Source: a virus
IMG/VR virus record: IMGVR_UViG_3300048919_000040
Span: 1 to 39,882 of that record
Direction: 5' to 3' (one strand)
DNA length: 39,882 nt
Shown one piece after another: positions 32,254 to 39,882 of this stretch (within the stretch, counting starts at the first letter, position 1; each line of letters begins with the position of its first letter). The notes under the pieces are model-generated. The model did no database searches, was not told where the DNA came from, and saw only the letters and a list, made by a program, of their open reading frames with translations. The position numbers were made by a program, and so were the translations under genes.

Positions 32254-34649
32254 ATTCTACGGTACACCTTTTGCGAGCCGTACCAATTAACCCGGGTAGC
32301 TTTGCCCGAAGGCGTCCACCCACGTAGTGACTTCAATAGCCGGCCCAACTCGAAAGAATCTTTACGCGTAATATTGGTAGCGTCTTTACCTAGGCATTCC
32401 GTCCATATCTCTAGCATACAAACGCTATCGCGTTCTACGGTGCCTACGTTCTTTTCTTCTCCAAGCCATTGACGACGGGCGTACGGTTCCATGTTATCCC
32501 AATCTTCCGGCAATAGTCGTCTAAGGTATTCGCCTACTAAGCCTAGGCGTTCGTCTTTCTCTAGGTGTTCGTCTTGCACTAACTTAGCCATAACTTCCAG
32601 CTTACCAACTAAACGCAATTCTTCGCCCGCTTCATATCTTACTTTAGCTTCGGCCCATAACTGCGCTACTATTTCTTCGTCTAGGTAATCCCACGCATCT
32701 ACCAAGCCTTTACGACCCATAACGTTAATAACCCAAAAACGGCGGTTACCTGTTACGTCTCGCAAAAAGTCGCCTTCGTTAGTCGTAGCAAAGAATACGC
32801 AGCGGCGCGGAAATTCTTCCGTACGCTTGCCGTACGCTACCCTGAACTTATCAACTCGCTTACTGATAAATTGTTTTTGCGTATCTACCTGCGCGCGTCT
32901 CATACCTGCCATTTCGCCAAGTTCGATAATCCAACTACCTTGTATTACTTCTAGCGCGTCCTTACCTTCTACGTTGGTCAAACTATCGTTAAACCATTCG
33001 CCCCCCATTCTATCCAAAAGCGTAGACTTACCTGCGCCTTGGTCACCTGCAATAATAGTACATTGGTCAAACTTAATACCCGGGCGATAAATACGGGCCA
33101 CTGCGGCCGTGAAAGCTTTACGGGTTACCGCACGCGTATACGCGTTATCGGCTGCGCCTAAGACCGTTATAAATAATTCGTCCAGCCTTTCCACTCCATC
33201 CCATTCGAGCGCGTTAAGGTAATCCTTTACCGGGTGGTAACGGTGGTTACGCAGCACTACCGTAAGCCCGTCGGTTATCTGCCCTTTGCCTGTGATACCG
33301 TAAGCACGTTCTAAGTATAAACGTAATTGTGCGTCGTCGGCATCTTCTAACGCGCGCGGGTACTTGCGTGTTTCCTTATCCCACGGTAGCGGTAATACAG
33401 CCGTTTCCCTTTGGTCAAAATCATTATACCCAAACTTGCCAGCTAATGCGGGGTCATAGCTAAGAATAAGCACTACGTTTGCTATCGTGTTCTTAACGGC
33501 CCCGCTTTTCTCCGTTTCTAGGTTTTCTAGCCATTCGTCAAGGCCCGCCACTTCCCGGCTTTCGTCGGCTACTGCGTCGTAGTCCATCACGTTGCCGCTG
33601 CGTTCGGCTAGTATCTCACGCTTTACCGCCTTCATCTTACTAGCGAAGTCGGCCATAGCTTTGTAAGAAGGTAAGCGGGTTGGGTCTTTAACGTCGCGGC
33701 CGTCGTCTAGGTCGCCGAACTTATGCAGCCTAACGAGGTCGAACGCGTTACACGTCTTACCGCCGGCCGGGTCGGTGCTATGGTTAGAGTAGGCCAGCAC
33801 ATCACCGTACACCACCAAGCCGCCGGACGTCGAGCCATTGACGTAGGTATAGCGGTCGCTTCCCATGTCTAGCGCTTCGTCGTACACGTCGGGTAAAAAT
33901 TCGGCTATTGCTTCCGGGATGGTGAAGGCACGGCAAAACGCGCCAATGATACCCGCCTTAGTCGTTGGGTCTTCTACTGTGCCGTTGCTGGCGTGCTGTA
34001 CTGCTTCGGCCACGCGGGAACTAACCGGCCACGTCGTCGGGTCTTGCCAATCGTGGTAATCTGCTAGCACTTCGTCGGCCGACATCCACGGGCCATCTTC
34101 ATACGCGAAAAGATATTGCCCGTCTTTGCTGGTAGATGGGTAATACATAAGGCGGCTAGGTTGGTACGTGGTATCGTCGAACGCGTCAATACCTAGCCAG
34201 CTAGCAACCTTACGGGCGATCGCTTCGTATTCGTCCGGGTTTACCGGGCGATCTAGCGGGAAGATAAGACGTAGCCGCGGCTTACTTGGTTGGTGCTTAT
34301 GCGTCGAATACATAGCGCCAGCGTTGCCCCAAATTACGAAGTCTTCCCAAACCTCAACACCTGCGTAATCAATATCTAGGCAAACGATTTGGCGGAACTC
34401 TACCGTATCTTTCTTACGCTGGCCACCTATCAGGTACCCGCCGACAAAGCCGCCGACGTCCTTTATTTCGTCTTGCTTATCTTTGGTGTAACTGAAATAC
34501 TGCTTTAGCGTTTCCGGGGTGCGTTCCGTTTCTTCTAACTGCGCTAACAGGTCTTGCCACTCTATGCGCTTATTATGCCACTTCGTAGCCTTGCGCGACT
34601 TAGCCGTAGCTATGTCTATCGTATCGTTATATTTTAATCTAATTGCCAT
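32241..34649 (-). CDS. Primase-polymerase / VirE-type P-loop helicase fusion
   Basis: 802 aa. The N-terminus is VirE_N/prim-pol-like (VCLDIDYAG; PRLRLIFPLDRPV). The C-terminal half has Walker A GDQGAGKST and the VirE signature FFATTNEGDFLRDVTGNRRFW. Confidence 0.8.
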   Translation of the reverse strand: MAIRLKYNDTIDIATAKSRKATKWHNKRIEWQDLLAQLEETERTPETLKQYFSYTKDKQDEIKDVGGFVGGYLIGGQRKKDTVEFRQIVCLDIDYAGVEVWEDFVIWGNAGAMYSTHKHQPSKPRLRLIFPLDRPVNPDEYEAIARKVASWLGIDAFDDTTYQPSRLMYYPSTSKDGQYLFAYEDGPWMSADEVLADYHDWQDPTTWPVSSRVAEAVQHASNGTVEDPTTKAGIIGAFCRAFTIPEAIAEFLPDVYDEALDMGSDRYTYVNGSTSGGLVVYGDVLAYSNHSTDPAGGKTCNAFDLVRLHKFGDLDDGRDVKDPTRLPSYKAMADFASKMKAVKREILAERSGNVMDYDAVADESREVAGLDEWLENLETEKSGAVKNTIANVVLILSYDPALAGKFGYNDFDQRETAVLPLPWDKETRKYPRALEDADDAQLRLYLERAYGITGKGQITDGLTVVLRNHRYHPVKDYLNALEWDGVERLDELFITVLGAADNAYTRAVTRKAFTAAVARIYRPGIKFDQCTIIAGDQGAGKSTLLDRMGGEWFNDSLTNVEGKDALEVIQGSWIIELGEMAGMRRAQVDTQKQFISKRVDKFRVAYGKRTEEFPRRCVFFATTNEGDFLRDVTGNRRFWVINVMGRKGLVDAWDYLDEEIVAQLWAEAKVRYEAGEELRLVGKLEVMAKLVQDEHLEKDERLGLVGEYLRRLLPEDWDNMEPYARRQWLGEEKNVGTVERDSVCMLEIWTECLGKDATNITRKDSFELGRLLKSLRGWTPSGKATRVNWYGSQKVYRRILVT

Positions 34650-34834
34650 TCTTCGAGAAACGTTTTTAGGGTTTGATATTGGCGCATTTCTGCGCCTATT
34701 GTGCCGTCGTTATCCATAGATAAGATAGCCGGCTGTATGGTGACGTAAGCGCCAACCGTAAGCCATAAGAAGTAACTAACGCCACTAGTGTAATATGCGT
34801 TACTTTTACCTTTAAACGTCGCTTGTATATACAT
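34634..34834 (-). CDS. hypothetical protein (66 aa)
   Basis: ORF tiling between neighbours with overlaps. Confidence 0.5.
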   Translation of the reverse strand: MYIQATFKGKSNAYYTSGVSYFLWLTVGAYVTIQPAILSMDNDGTIGAEMRQYQTLKTFLEEWQLD

Positions 34835-35159
34835 TGTCTTTAGGGGTTAATATTAATAACTGTAATATGGTTCGGTTATTACCACCCGGCCCGGGTTGGT
34901 TGTGCTGTGTTTCTATTAGCTTTTCTACGGCTTTCGACATTTGCGCGCCTGCGTCTTCTATCTCATATTTATACCCGTAAGTTCCTTTTTCGTATCGGTG
35001 ATCTACCGCGACTTTTAACGGGCTTAACTTATATTCGCGGTGTCCGTAAATTATTGGCGCTTCAATCATAGGTGCGCATACTTCCGGCTCTAATTTATTA
35101 GCCCAACGGCGCAGCCACCATGCTAATTTATGTTTAATTCTCGTGTTCATCTGTACCAC
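34812..35159 (-). CDS. hypothetical protein (115 aa)
   Basis: ORF in the replication operon. No motif recognised. Confidence 0.55.
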   Translation of the reverse strand: MVQMNTRIKHKLAWWLRRWANKLEPEVCAPMIEAPIIYGHREYKLSPLKVAVDHRYEKGTYGYKYEIEDAGAQMSKAVEKLIETQHNQPGPGGNNRTILQLLILTPKDNVYTSDV

Positions 35160-35376
35160 TTAAATCTATATCTTTACCCCAAATGGACACAATAGTAAAA
35201 CTTATGCCTACTAGACACATAGCCGCGACAAATGAACCCCACAAAGGGGCTGTAATCCAATACCACGGGATGCTGTAGTCTTCTGCTACATTTAAGTAAA
35301 CCATAACTAAACTAGCTAACACCGTTAACCCGGTATAAACTCTACCATAAGTAAATAATTTGTTTGTCTTTTTCAT
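35134..35376 (-). CDS. Small membrane protein (80 aa, 2 hydrophobic helices)
   Basis: Start moved to the ATG at 35376 (MKKTNKL...). The tracked N-terminal extension overlaps the polymerase 3' end. Confidence 0.55.
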   Translation of the reverse strand: MKKTNKLFTYGRVYTGLTVLASLVMVYLNVAEDYSIPWYWITAPLWGSFVAAMCLVGISFTIVSIWGKDIDLSGTDEHEN

Positions 35377-35428
35377 GATGTAAATTTTAATGAATGAACC
35401 ACAAAGATAGGAATTAAAATTTAATTTC

Positions 35429-37444
35429 CTAATCCTTTTTGTAAAAGTCTGATATATAGCCCTCTCCACCTAGTGGAAGATCAGGCGCCCAAATTGGCGA
35501 AATAGACATACATTCCTGCATATATCTTAAACAATCTTCGGCCGTTTCTTCCGGCTCTTCTGCTACTATTTCGTCATGCACATGGAAGATAATATCGATA
35601 TCGTTATCCATAGCGTACATACATTCTACTAAGCAATCGCGCGCAACCGCTTGCGTAATGTTTTCTACTAACTTACCGCCGTACGTATCTATTTGGCGCC
35701 ATATCTTCGGCTTCCCGGGTTCCTGCTGAATACCCCAATACGTAATACTTTCGCCATATCTTCCCGGCTTTAGCTGTACGCCGTGATACGCTAGGCGTCG
35801 GCCGCTAGGCAGTTCGATAAACACGTAGCCACGATCGTAGATAAACGTAAGGCTAGTATATTTTTTGCGCAGCTTCACCGTGCGACGTTCCCGGAAACAA
35901 GTTTTAAAAGCGTCTTCTACTTCGCGCCAAAACGTTACCGTGTTGGGGTTAGCTTTGCGCCAAATGGAAACAAGGCCGGGTAATTCTTCTTCGGTCAGTC
36001 CTTCACGTAAAGCGCCCATAGTTAACATAGCGCCCTTAGCCCCTTGGTAACCTAACGCCAATTCTGATACTTTACCCTTGGCACGTAGTGGGTGGCCCTT
36101 TACAATTTCTTCAATCGGAACGCCAAACATTTTGGCCGCCGTCGCTTCGTAAATTTTGCCGTGTGTTCTGAATACTTCTAGCTTCCAATCTTCGCCAGCT
36201 AACCAGCCTAATACCCGGGCTTCAATTGCCGCGTAGTCGCAGCTTACTATTTTGTTGCCCGGCCCTGCGATGAATATAGACCGTATTAGCTGGCTTATGA
36301 TGTCGGTAGGGTCGTCATATAGTATGCTTATCAAATGCTTACGCACGGCTTCCCGGGCTGTTACTATTTTGGCGTGCGCTTTTTCGGAAGTCTTGCCGCT
36401 TAGTTCTTTGGCTAGCATCTTCTTTAAGTTGTGTATCTGTATACCATTGGCAGCGAACCGGCCCGTACGTCCGGCCCCGTAAAACTTAATTTGCCCGTAT
36501 ACCTTGCCGTCATCGCAAAGATACTTTAACGCGGTACTATATTTACTTGCGCTAGTCCGGCTAGATAGCTGGCGCAACCTCAACAAATGGCGTACGGCTT
36601 CCGGGGTATCTTCGTCGTCTATCGCGTCTTGTAACGCTTCTTTGGCCATTGATTCCATTTCAAAGCCTTGCCCGGCTAACCACTCTTTTAACTGCGGTAA
36701 GCTGGTAGCATTCGATACGCCCGTATAGTCGCATATCTCTTGCCGTACTTCTTCCATAACTTCGGCCCAAACCGCTAGCGTTTCGTTAACTAGCTCTACG
36801 TCGATGTGAATACCGCGGCCGTTTATTCGTTGGTCTTGCTGCCAATAAATCCACTCTATGGCTGGCATCGGCACGTACTGACGAATGTATTTTAAAATAC
36901 CGTGTTCGGTCTTTACGTCCTGCGCGCCGTAGTTGCAAAATTGCTGCCATTTAACGGGGTCATGGTGTGGAAGGTTCCGCGTTCTACCGCCGTTAACTTT
37001 CGTAGCCTTGCAAGGCATCGCGAAGTATTTAATAAGTGCTTTACCTTTGGCGTCCTTTTGATCTTCCAGCTTTAACGCTTTGGCGATGTCACCAAGCGAA
37101 GACGGCAAACCAAGGTAAAGCGCTGCCACTTGCGTACAAAACCACTGCGCCGGGTCTAGGTCTAACTTATAATAGTTCGTCATACAAACTATTTCAAAAT
37201 TAGCGTTGTGCGCGATCTTTAATACGTTCGGGTCGGTCAGGGCTTCCCAAACCTCAACGGGTATACTTTCGCCCGGGTACGCATCGTTAGTACAATCTAT
37301 GTACGTGGGTTCGTCATCGTCGAACGCATACGCGAAGATCGTTATCTCAAACGATTCGTGCGTAGAGTATTTGTATACCCCTACCTTGGTTAGATCGAGT
37401 TCGCAAAACGTTTCTATATCGTTGTGAAGTTCCCGGCGTTTCAT
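35429..37444 (-). CDS. Family A DNA polymerase with a 3'-5' exonuclease domain
   Basis: 671 aa. Exo motifs are DIETF (DxE), HNANFE and YGAQD. Pol motif A is SCDYAAIEARVL, motif B is RAKGKVSELALGYQG, and motif C is FHVHDEIV. Confidence 0.9.
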   Translation of the reverse strand: MKRRELHNDIETFCELDLTKVGVYKYSTHESFEITIFAYAFDDDEPTYIDCTNDAYPGESIPVEVWEALTDPNVLKIAHNANFEIVCMTNYYKLDLDPAQWFCTQVAALYLGLPSSLGDIAKALKLEDQKDAKGKALIKYFAMPCKATKVNGGRTRNLPHHDPVKWQQFCNYGAQDVKTEHGILKYIRQYVPMPAIEWIYWQQDQRINGRGIHIDVELVNETLAVWAEVMEEVRQEICDYTGVSNATSLPQLKEWLAGQGFEMESMAKEALQDAIDDEDTPEAVRHLLRLRQLSSRTSASKYSTALKYLCDDGKVYGQIKFYGAGRTGRFAANGIQIHNLKKMLAKELSGKTSEKAHAKIVTAREAVRKHLISILYDDPTDIISQLIRSIFIAGPGNKIVSCDYAAIEARVLGWLAGEDWKLEVFRTHGKIYEATAAKMFGVPIEEIVKGHPLRAKGKVSELALGYQGAKGAMLTMGALREGLTEEELPGLVSIWRKANPNTVTFWREVEDAFKTCFRERRTVKLRKKYTSLTFIYDRGYVFIELPSGRRLAYHGVQLKPGRYGESITYWGIQQEPGKPKIWRQIDTYGGKLVENITQAVARDCLVECMYAMDNDIDIIFHVHDEIVAEEPEETAEDCLRYMQECMSISPIWAPDLPLGGEGYISDFYKKD

Positions 37445-37692
37445 AATAGCCCGCGGTTAATCATGTAAAACAAAGTGTAATTAAGAACATTAAGCGCGGC
37501 GGCCCTTGCTTCTTCCGGGCTGTCACTGTGTAAAAGTTTTCGTGTGTTAGGTACTATAAAATCTTCTACGCCTTCGGCGTTTAATGCATATTCTAGCGCG
37601 TCGCCTTTATCGCTGTTTTCATTTATTACTATGGTTTGGGCTATCGCTTGCGCCGCTATGGCTTCTTCTATGTCTTTAAATTGTGTATTCAT
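37441..37692 (-). CDS. hypothetical protein (83 aa)
   Basis: ORF with an ATGA overlap onto the polymerase start. Confidence 0.55.
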   Translation of the reverse strand: MNTQFKDIEEAIAAQAIAQTIVINENSDKGDALEYALNAEGVEDFIVPNTRKLLHSDSPEEARAAALNVLNYTLFYMINRGLL

Positions 37693-37931
37693 TATTCTAT
37701 TATTTGATATAGTGCGTCTATAATTTTGTTTTGCTGTGCGGGCGTATACATCTCTAAACTTATCTTATACGCCGGCCCGTCGGTTCGCATAATGTATATA
37801 ACTTCGTCTATAAGCTTGGCACGTACATTGGTCATTAGCTTGGTAAATACAATGGTGCTATAAATGTGCGGGTATTCCCAAATACCGTTATCTTCAAAGC
37901 GCGCCCAATTTTCAAAAGCCCGTACGATCAT
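37692..37931 (-). CDS. hypothetical protein (79 aa)
   Basis: The ORF starts immediately after the upstream stop (TAAATG). Confidence 0.55.
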   Translation of the reverse strand: MIVRAFENWARFEDNGIWEYPHIYSTIVFTKLMTNVRAKLIDEVIYIMRTDGPAYKISLEMYTPAQQNKIIDALYQIIE

Positions 37932-38222
37932 TTATAATATGTCTTCTTCTAGTTCGTACGTTTCGCCGGTTGGTTTGTACTTTTCCCACTCATACCCATA
38001 GATATAGCATTTTATACCTAGCGACCCGTCGGCGTTTATTTCTTGGATGCGGTACGATATTAAGCAGTTACTTACCACTGCCACGCCCGTAGCTTCTAAT
38101 ATTACGTATCGCTTCGGTGGCGCGTAGGTAGTAACTATATCGCCGTCTTGAAATTGTCTGTTAGCCGCAATAAACTTATTGTTAAGCTTTCGCAATTCTC
38201 TTAAATATTCTGTTTTCTCCAT
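37932..38222 (-). CDS. hypothetical protein (96 aa) with an acidic C-terminal tail
   Basis: ORF ending ...YELEEDIL. Confidence 0.6.
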   Translation of the reverse strand: MEKTEYLRELRKLNNKFIAANRQFQDGDIVTTYAPPKRYVILEATGVAVVSNCLISYRIQEINADGSLGIKCYIYGYEWEKYKPTGETYELEEDIL

Positions 38223-38225
38223 AAT

Positions 38226-38251
38226 AAAAGGGCGACCCGTATAGGCCGCCC
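38226..38251 (-). terminator. Putative terminator/attenuator after the SSB gene
   Basis: Stem GGGCGACC/GGCCGCCC (one mismatch) with a 6-nt loop. TTTT follows on the minus strand and runs directly into the next start codon. Confidence 0.45.
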
Positions 38252-38261
38252 GGGTATTTAG

Positions 38262-39014
38262 TTAGTTAATATCTTCTTCTTCGGGATAGTACCAAGTATC
38301 GCCGCCGTCTTCCGTCCAAATATCGTTACCTTTGGCGTCTACCCCCCATTCGCGTACCGGCTTCTTAGGTGCTGCGGGTCTTGCAGCTTTGGCCGCTGGT
38401 GCTGTTCCGCGGGTAGGTCTTGTAGTAGCTGCGCCACGGGTTGGCCTAGCTGGTGCGCTGTAATCTTCTTCTTCGTCGAAAGCTTCTACGCTTGCGCTTC
38501 CACCGCCTGCCAGCTTATCGCCGTCTTTGGTCTTTTTGATGGAATTAAGGAAAACTGTAATACCTTTCGATTCGTTGTTAAATGGCCAAAATGTAATATC
38601 GCATCTGCCAAATACACCGCTATATAATTCTTCGTCAATGTCGAAAATTTCTTGCCCCGCAGCATCCCATAATTTAGGTTGCGAAGTGCTGGTAGCTTTG
38701 ATAAAATAGCAACCTGCGTATTGCTCCGGGCCGTCCGGGTTATCTTCTAAATACTCGTCACCGTCGCGTAATGGGTTTTTAAAGTTCTTAGACGTAAGCG
38801 GCATACCTTTAAACTTACCGCCTTTTTCAGCTTCGTATACTTCGGCTATTGCCGCGTCGATACGTTCTACGTCCGGGTGATCTTTAGGTATTACTATTGT
38901 AGCTTCATATTTAGGGTCGCCTTTTACTTCGCCCTTGCTATTGGCTCTAGGCGGTCTAGCGTTTTTTACGTAAACGTAAACTAATAAATGTGTGGATGTG
39001 ATTAATTTAGACAT
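38262..39014 (-). CDS. Single-stranded DNA-binding protein (DUF2815 family)
   Basis: 250 aa. KNPLRDGDEYLED, YSGVFGRCDITFWPFNNESKGITVFLNSIKKTKDGDKLAGG and an acidic tail (PEEEDIN) match the DUF2815 phage SSB pattern. Confidence 0.8.
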   Translation of the reverse strand: MSKLITSTHLLVYVYVKNARPPRANSKGEVKGDPKYEATIVIPKDHPDVERIDAAIAEVYEAEKGGKFKGMPLTSKNFKNPLRDGDEYLEDNPDGPEQYAGCYFIKATSTSQPKLWDAAGQEIFDIDEELYSGVFGRCDITFWPFNNESKGITVFLNSIKKTKDGDKLAGGGSASVEAFDEEEDYSAPARPTRGAATTRPTRGTAPAAKAARPAAPKKPVREWGVDAKGNDIWTEDGGDTWYYPEEEDIN

Positions 39015-39020
39015 AATTAT

Positions 39021-39371
39021 TTAATTTTTAGATTTGTTAAACATATTTTGTAGTGCGCGTTCGGCTGCGCAATTGGGGCAATTACATGGCGTGCTTTGCC
39101 AATGCTCTAGCGCGTTAACCATAATTACCGCTAATTCCGGTTGGTTATCCAGCGCGTTAACTAACGCCGCTATAAGGCTAGTCGAATCGCCTACGGACGA
39201 ACCGGAATACGTTACGCCGGTACCTTCGTCGTCGTTTACCGCGCCCGCGATAAAGATAGCATTTATTTTGCCGGGTTGGGCTTCTGCCATCCATTTAATT
39301 TCTTCTTTTACGCTTTCCGCGCTTGCTTTGGCCGCAACTATGGCCGCTTGTATTTTAGCCTTGTGGTTCAT
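39021..39371 (-). CDS. hypothetical protein (116 aa), tandem paralog 2, with a C-terminal CxC..C motif
   Basis: ORF upstream of the SSB gene. IFIAGAVNDDEGTGVTYSGSSVGDSTSLIAALVNAL aligns by eye with the neighbouring 134-aa protein. Confidence 0.6.
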   Translation of the reverse strand: MNHKAKIQAAIVAAKASAESVKEEIKWMAEAQPGKINAIFIAGAVNDDEGTGVTYSGSSVGDSTSLIAALVNALDNQPELAVIMVNALEHWQSTPCNCPNCAAERALQNMFNKSKN

Positions 39372-39759
39372 TTGTCTTGCCGTTTGATCTTAATTGTACT
39401 ATTTGCCCTACCCATATACCTAGGTTAATGGCGTCTTGTTTGGTCGGTAGCGCGATGTCTAACATATACGTAAAGTCTTCGCCATTCATTGCGCTAGAAG
39501 TATACACTTTGCCCCCGTCGGTAGCCTTTGGCTGGCGATCTACACCACCAATAAAATATTTTAGTCCTAGCTTTTCTAGGTCTTCCGCTGCCTTATCTAT
39601 AATAGCGTGTATCATATCTGCGCGGCGGCTTTCGTCTATTTGCTGCGGGCTTGCTGCCAACGCTTCAATAGCTGGTTTTGTTTTACCTATGGCCTGTTTA
39701 CTTGGCCATACTTTTTTTGGTGTACCCTTGCGCGGGTCGTCCGGTTTTTTATCGTACAT
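39355..39759 (-). CDS. hypothetical protein (134 aa), tandem paralog 1
   Basis: In the circular map the ORF starts 2 nt after the exonuclease stop (TAAttATG). YFIGGVDRQPKATDGGKVYTSSAMNGEDFTYMLDIAL aligns with the 116-aa neighbour. Confidence 0.6.
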   Translation of the reverse strand: MYDKKPDDPRKGTPKKVWPSKQAIGKTKPAIEALAASPQQIDESRRADMIHAIIDKAAEDLEKLGLKYFIGGVDRQPKATDGGKVYTSSAMNGEDFTYMLDIALPTKQDAINLGIWVGQIVQLRSNGKTNEPQG

Positions 39760-39882
39760 AATTATAAAATGTCTTCGTCTTCTTCGCTGTAATCCTGTAC
39801 CTCATCATATCCCGATGAACCTACACTAATCGCGGGGCGGTCGTCGTCTTCGCTGGCTATTGCCGGTTTACCGTCGCTTTTA
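39756..39882. repeat. Terminal direct overlap, copy 2. It duplicates the 3' end of the exonuclease gene and the start codon region of the 134-aa gene.
   Basis: Identical to 1-127. Positions 39762-39882 repeat the C-terminal coding part of CDS 7..1263. Confidence 0.95.

Noticed and set aside
35409-35430. Near-palindrome AGGAATTAAAATTTAATTTCCT at the polymerase stop as a terminator
   Set aside because: Only the outer 5 bp pair cleanly, the interior is out of register, and no T-run follows on the coding strand.
39756-39882. The terminal repeat as a biological direct terminal repeat or prophage att duplication
   Set aside because: The repeat lies inside coding sequence (the exonuclease 3' end). 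It is exactly 127 nt, a typical assembler k-mer length. Closing the circle restores a seamless operon. This is most simply explained as an assembly overlap, although read-end analysis would be needed to exclude a DTR.
1-39882. Temperate lifestyle (integrase, repressor, att site)
   Set aside because: No ORF shows tyrosine or serine recombinase motifs or a CI/Cro-like pair that I can recognise. Absence of evidence only, so the lifestyle is left unassigned rather than called lytic with confidence.

Overview
The window is a complete, circularly closed dsDNA tailed-phage genome. Bases 1-127 are identical to 39756-39882, leaving 39,755 bp of unique sequence. The host is probably a Bacteroidota bacterium: start codons lack Shine-Dalgarno sequences, leaders are A/T-rich, there is one canonical TTTG-N19-TAnnTTTG promoter, and one structural protein has a BACON/Ig-like domain. 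This host call is an inference.

I count about 51 tightly packed protein genes, many joined by ATGA-type overlaps.
- Minus-strand replication module: DUF2800/Cas4-like exonuclease, DUF2815 SSB, family-A DNA polymerase, VirE-type primase/helicase, VRR-NUC and SNF2 helicase.
- Minus-strand regulation, packaging and lysis: a sigma-70-like regulator, TerS, TerL, an Amidase_3 endolysin and a membrane-anchored lysis-associated protein.
- Minus-strand morphogenesis: a frameshift-containing gene, neck and tail proteins, a tape-measure-like protein, an XkdF-type protease/scaffold, the major capsid protein, two paralogous structural proteins, and a fibre carrying an M14 peptidase domain.
- Plus-strand block (19837-25579): portal, connector-like protein, holin-like protein and about 12 small ORFans.

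I recognised no tRNA, CRISPR array, integrase or repressor.

Most interesting signals:
1. Sigma-54 (-24/-12) type promoter consensus sequences, three perfect and one near-perfect. Two of them drive self-contained promoter-ORF-terminator cassettes and one heads the ORFan cluster.
2. Two homologous AT-rich intergenic regions packed with a TTT(G/A)GTTAC iteron in both orientations.
3. A 15-nt motif abutting the start codons of all four late operons, next to a phage sigma-like gene.
4. A shared acidic ...[DE][DES]I[LN]-COOH tail on five proteins, including the SSB, the exonuclease and TerS.
5. A T9 slippery run joining two reading frames of the first tail-operon gene.

All functional calls come from motif recognition by eye. 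No database search was run.
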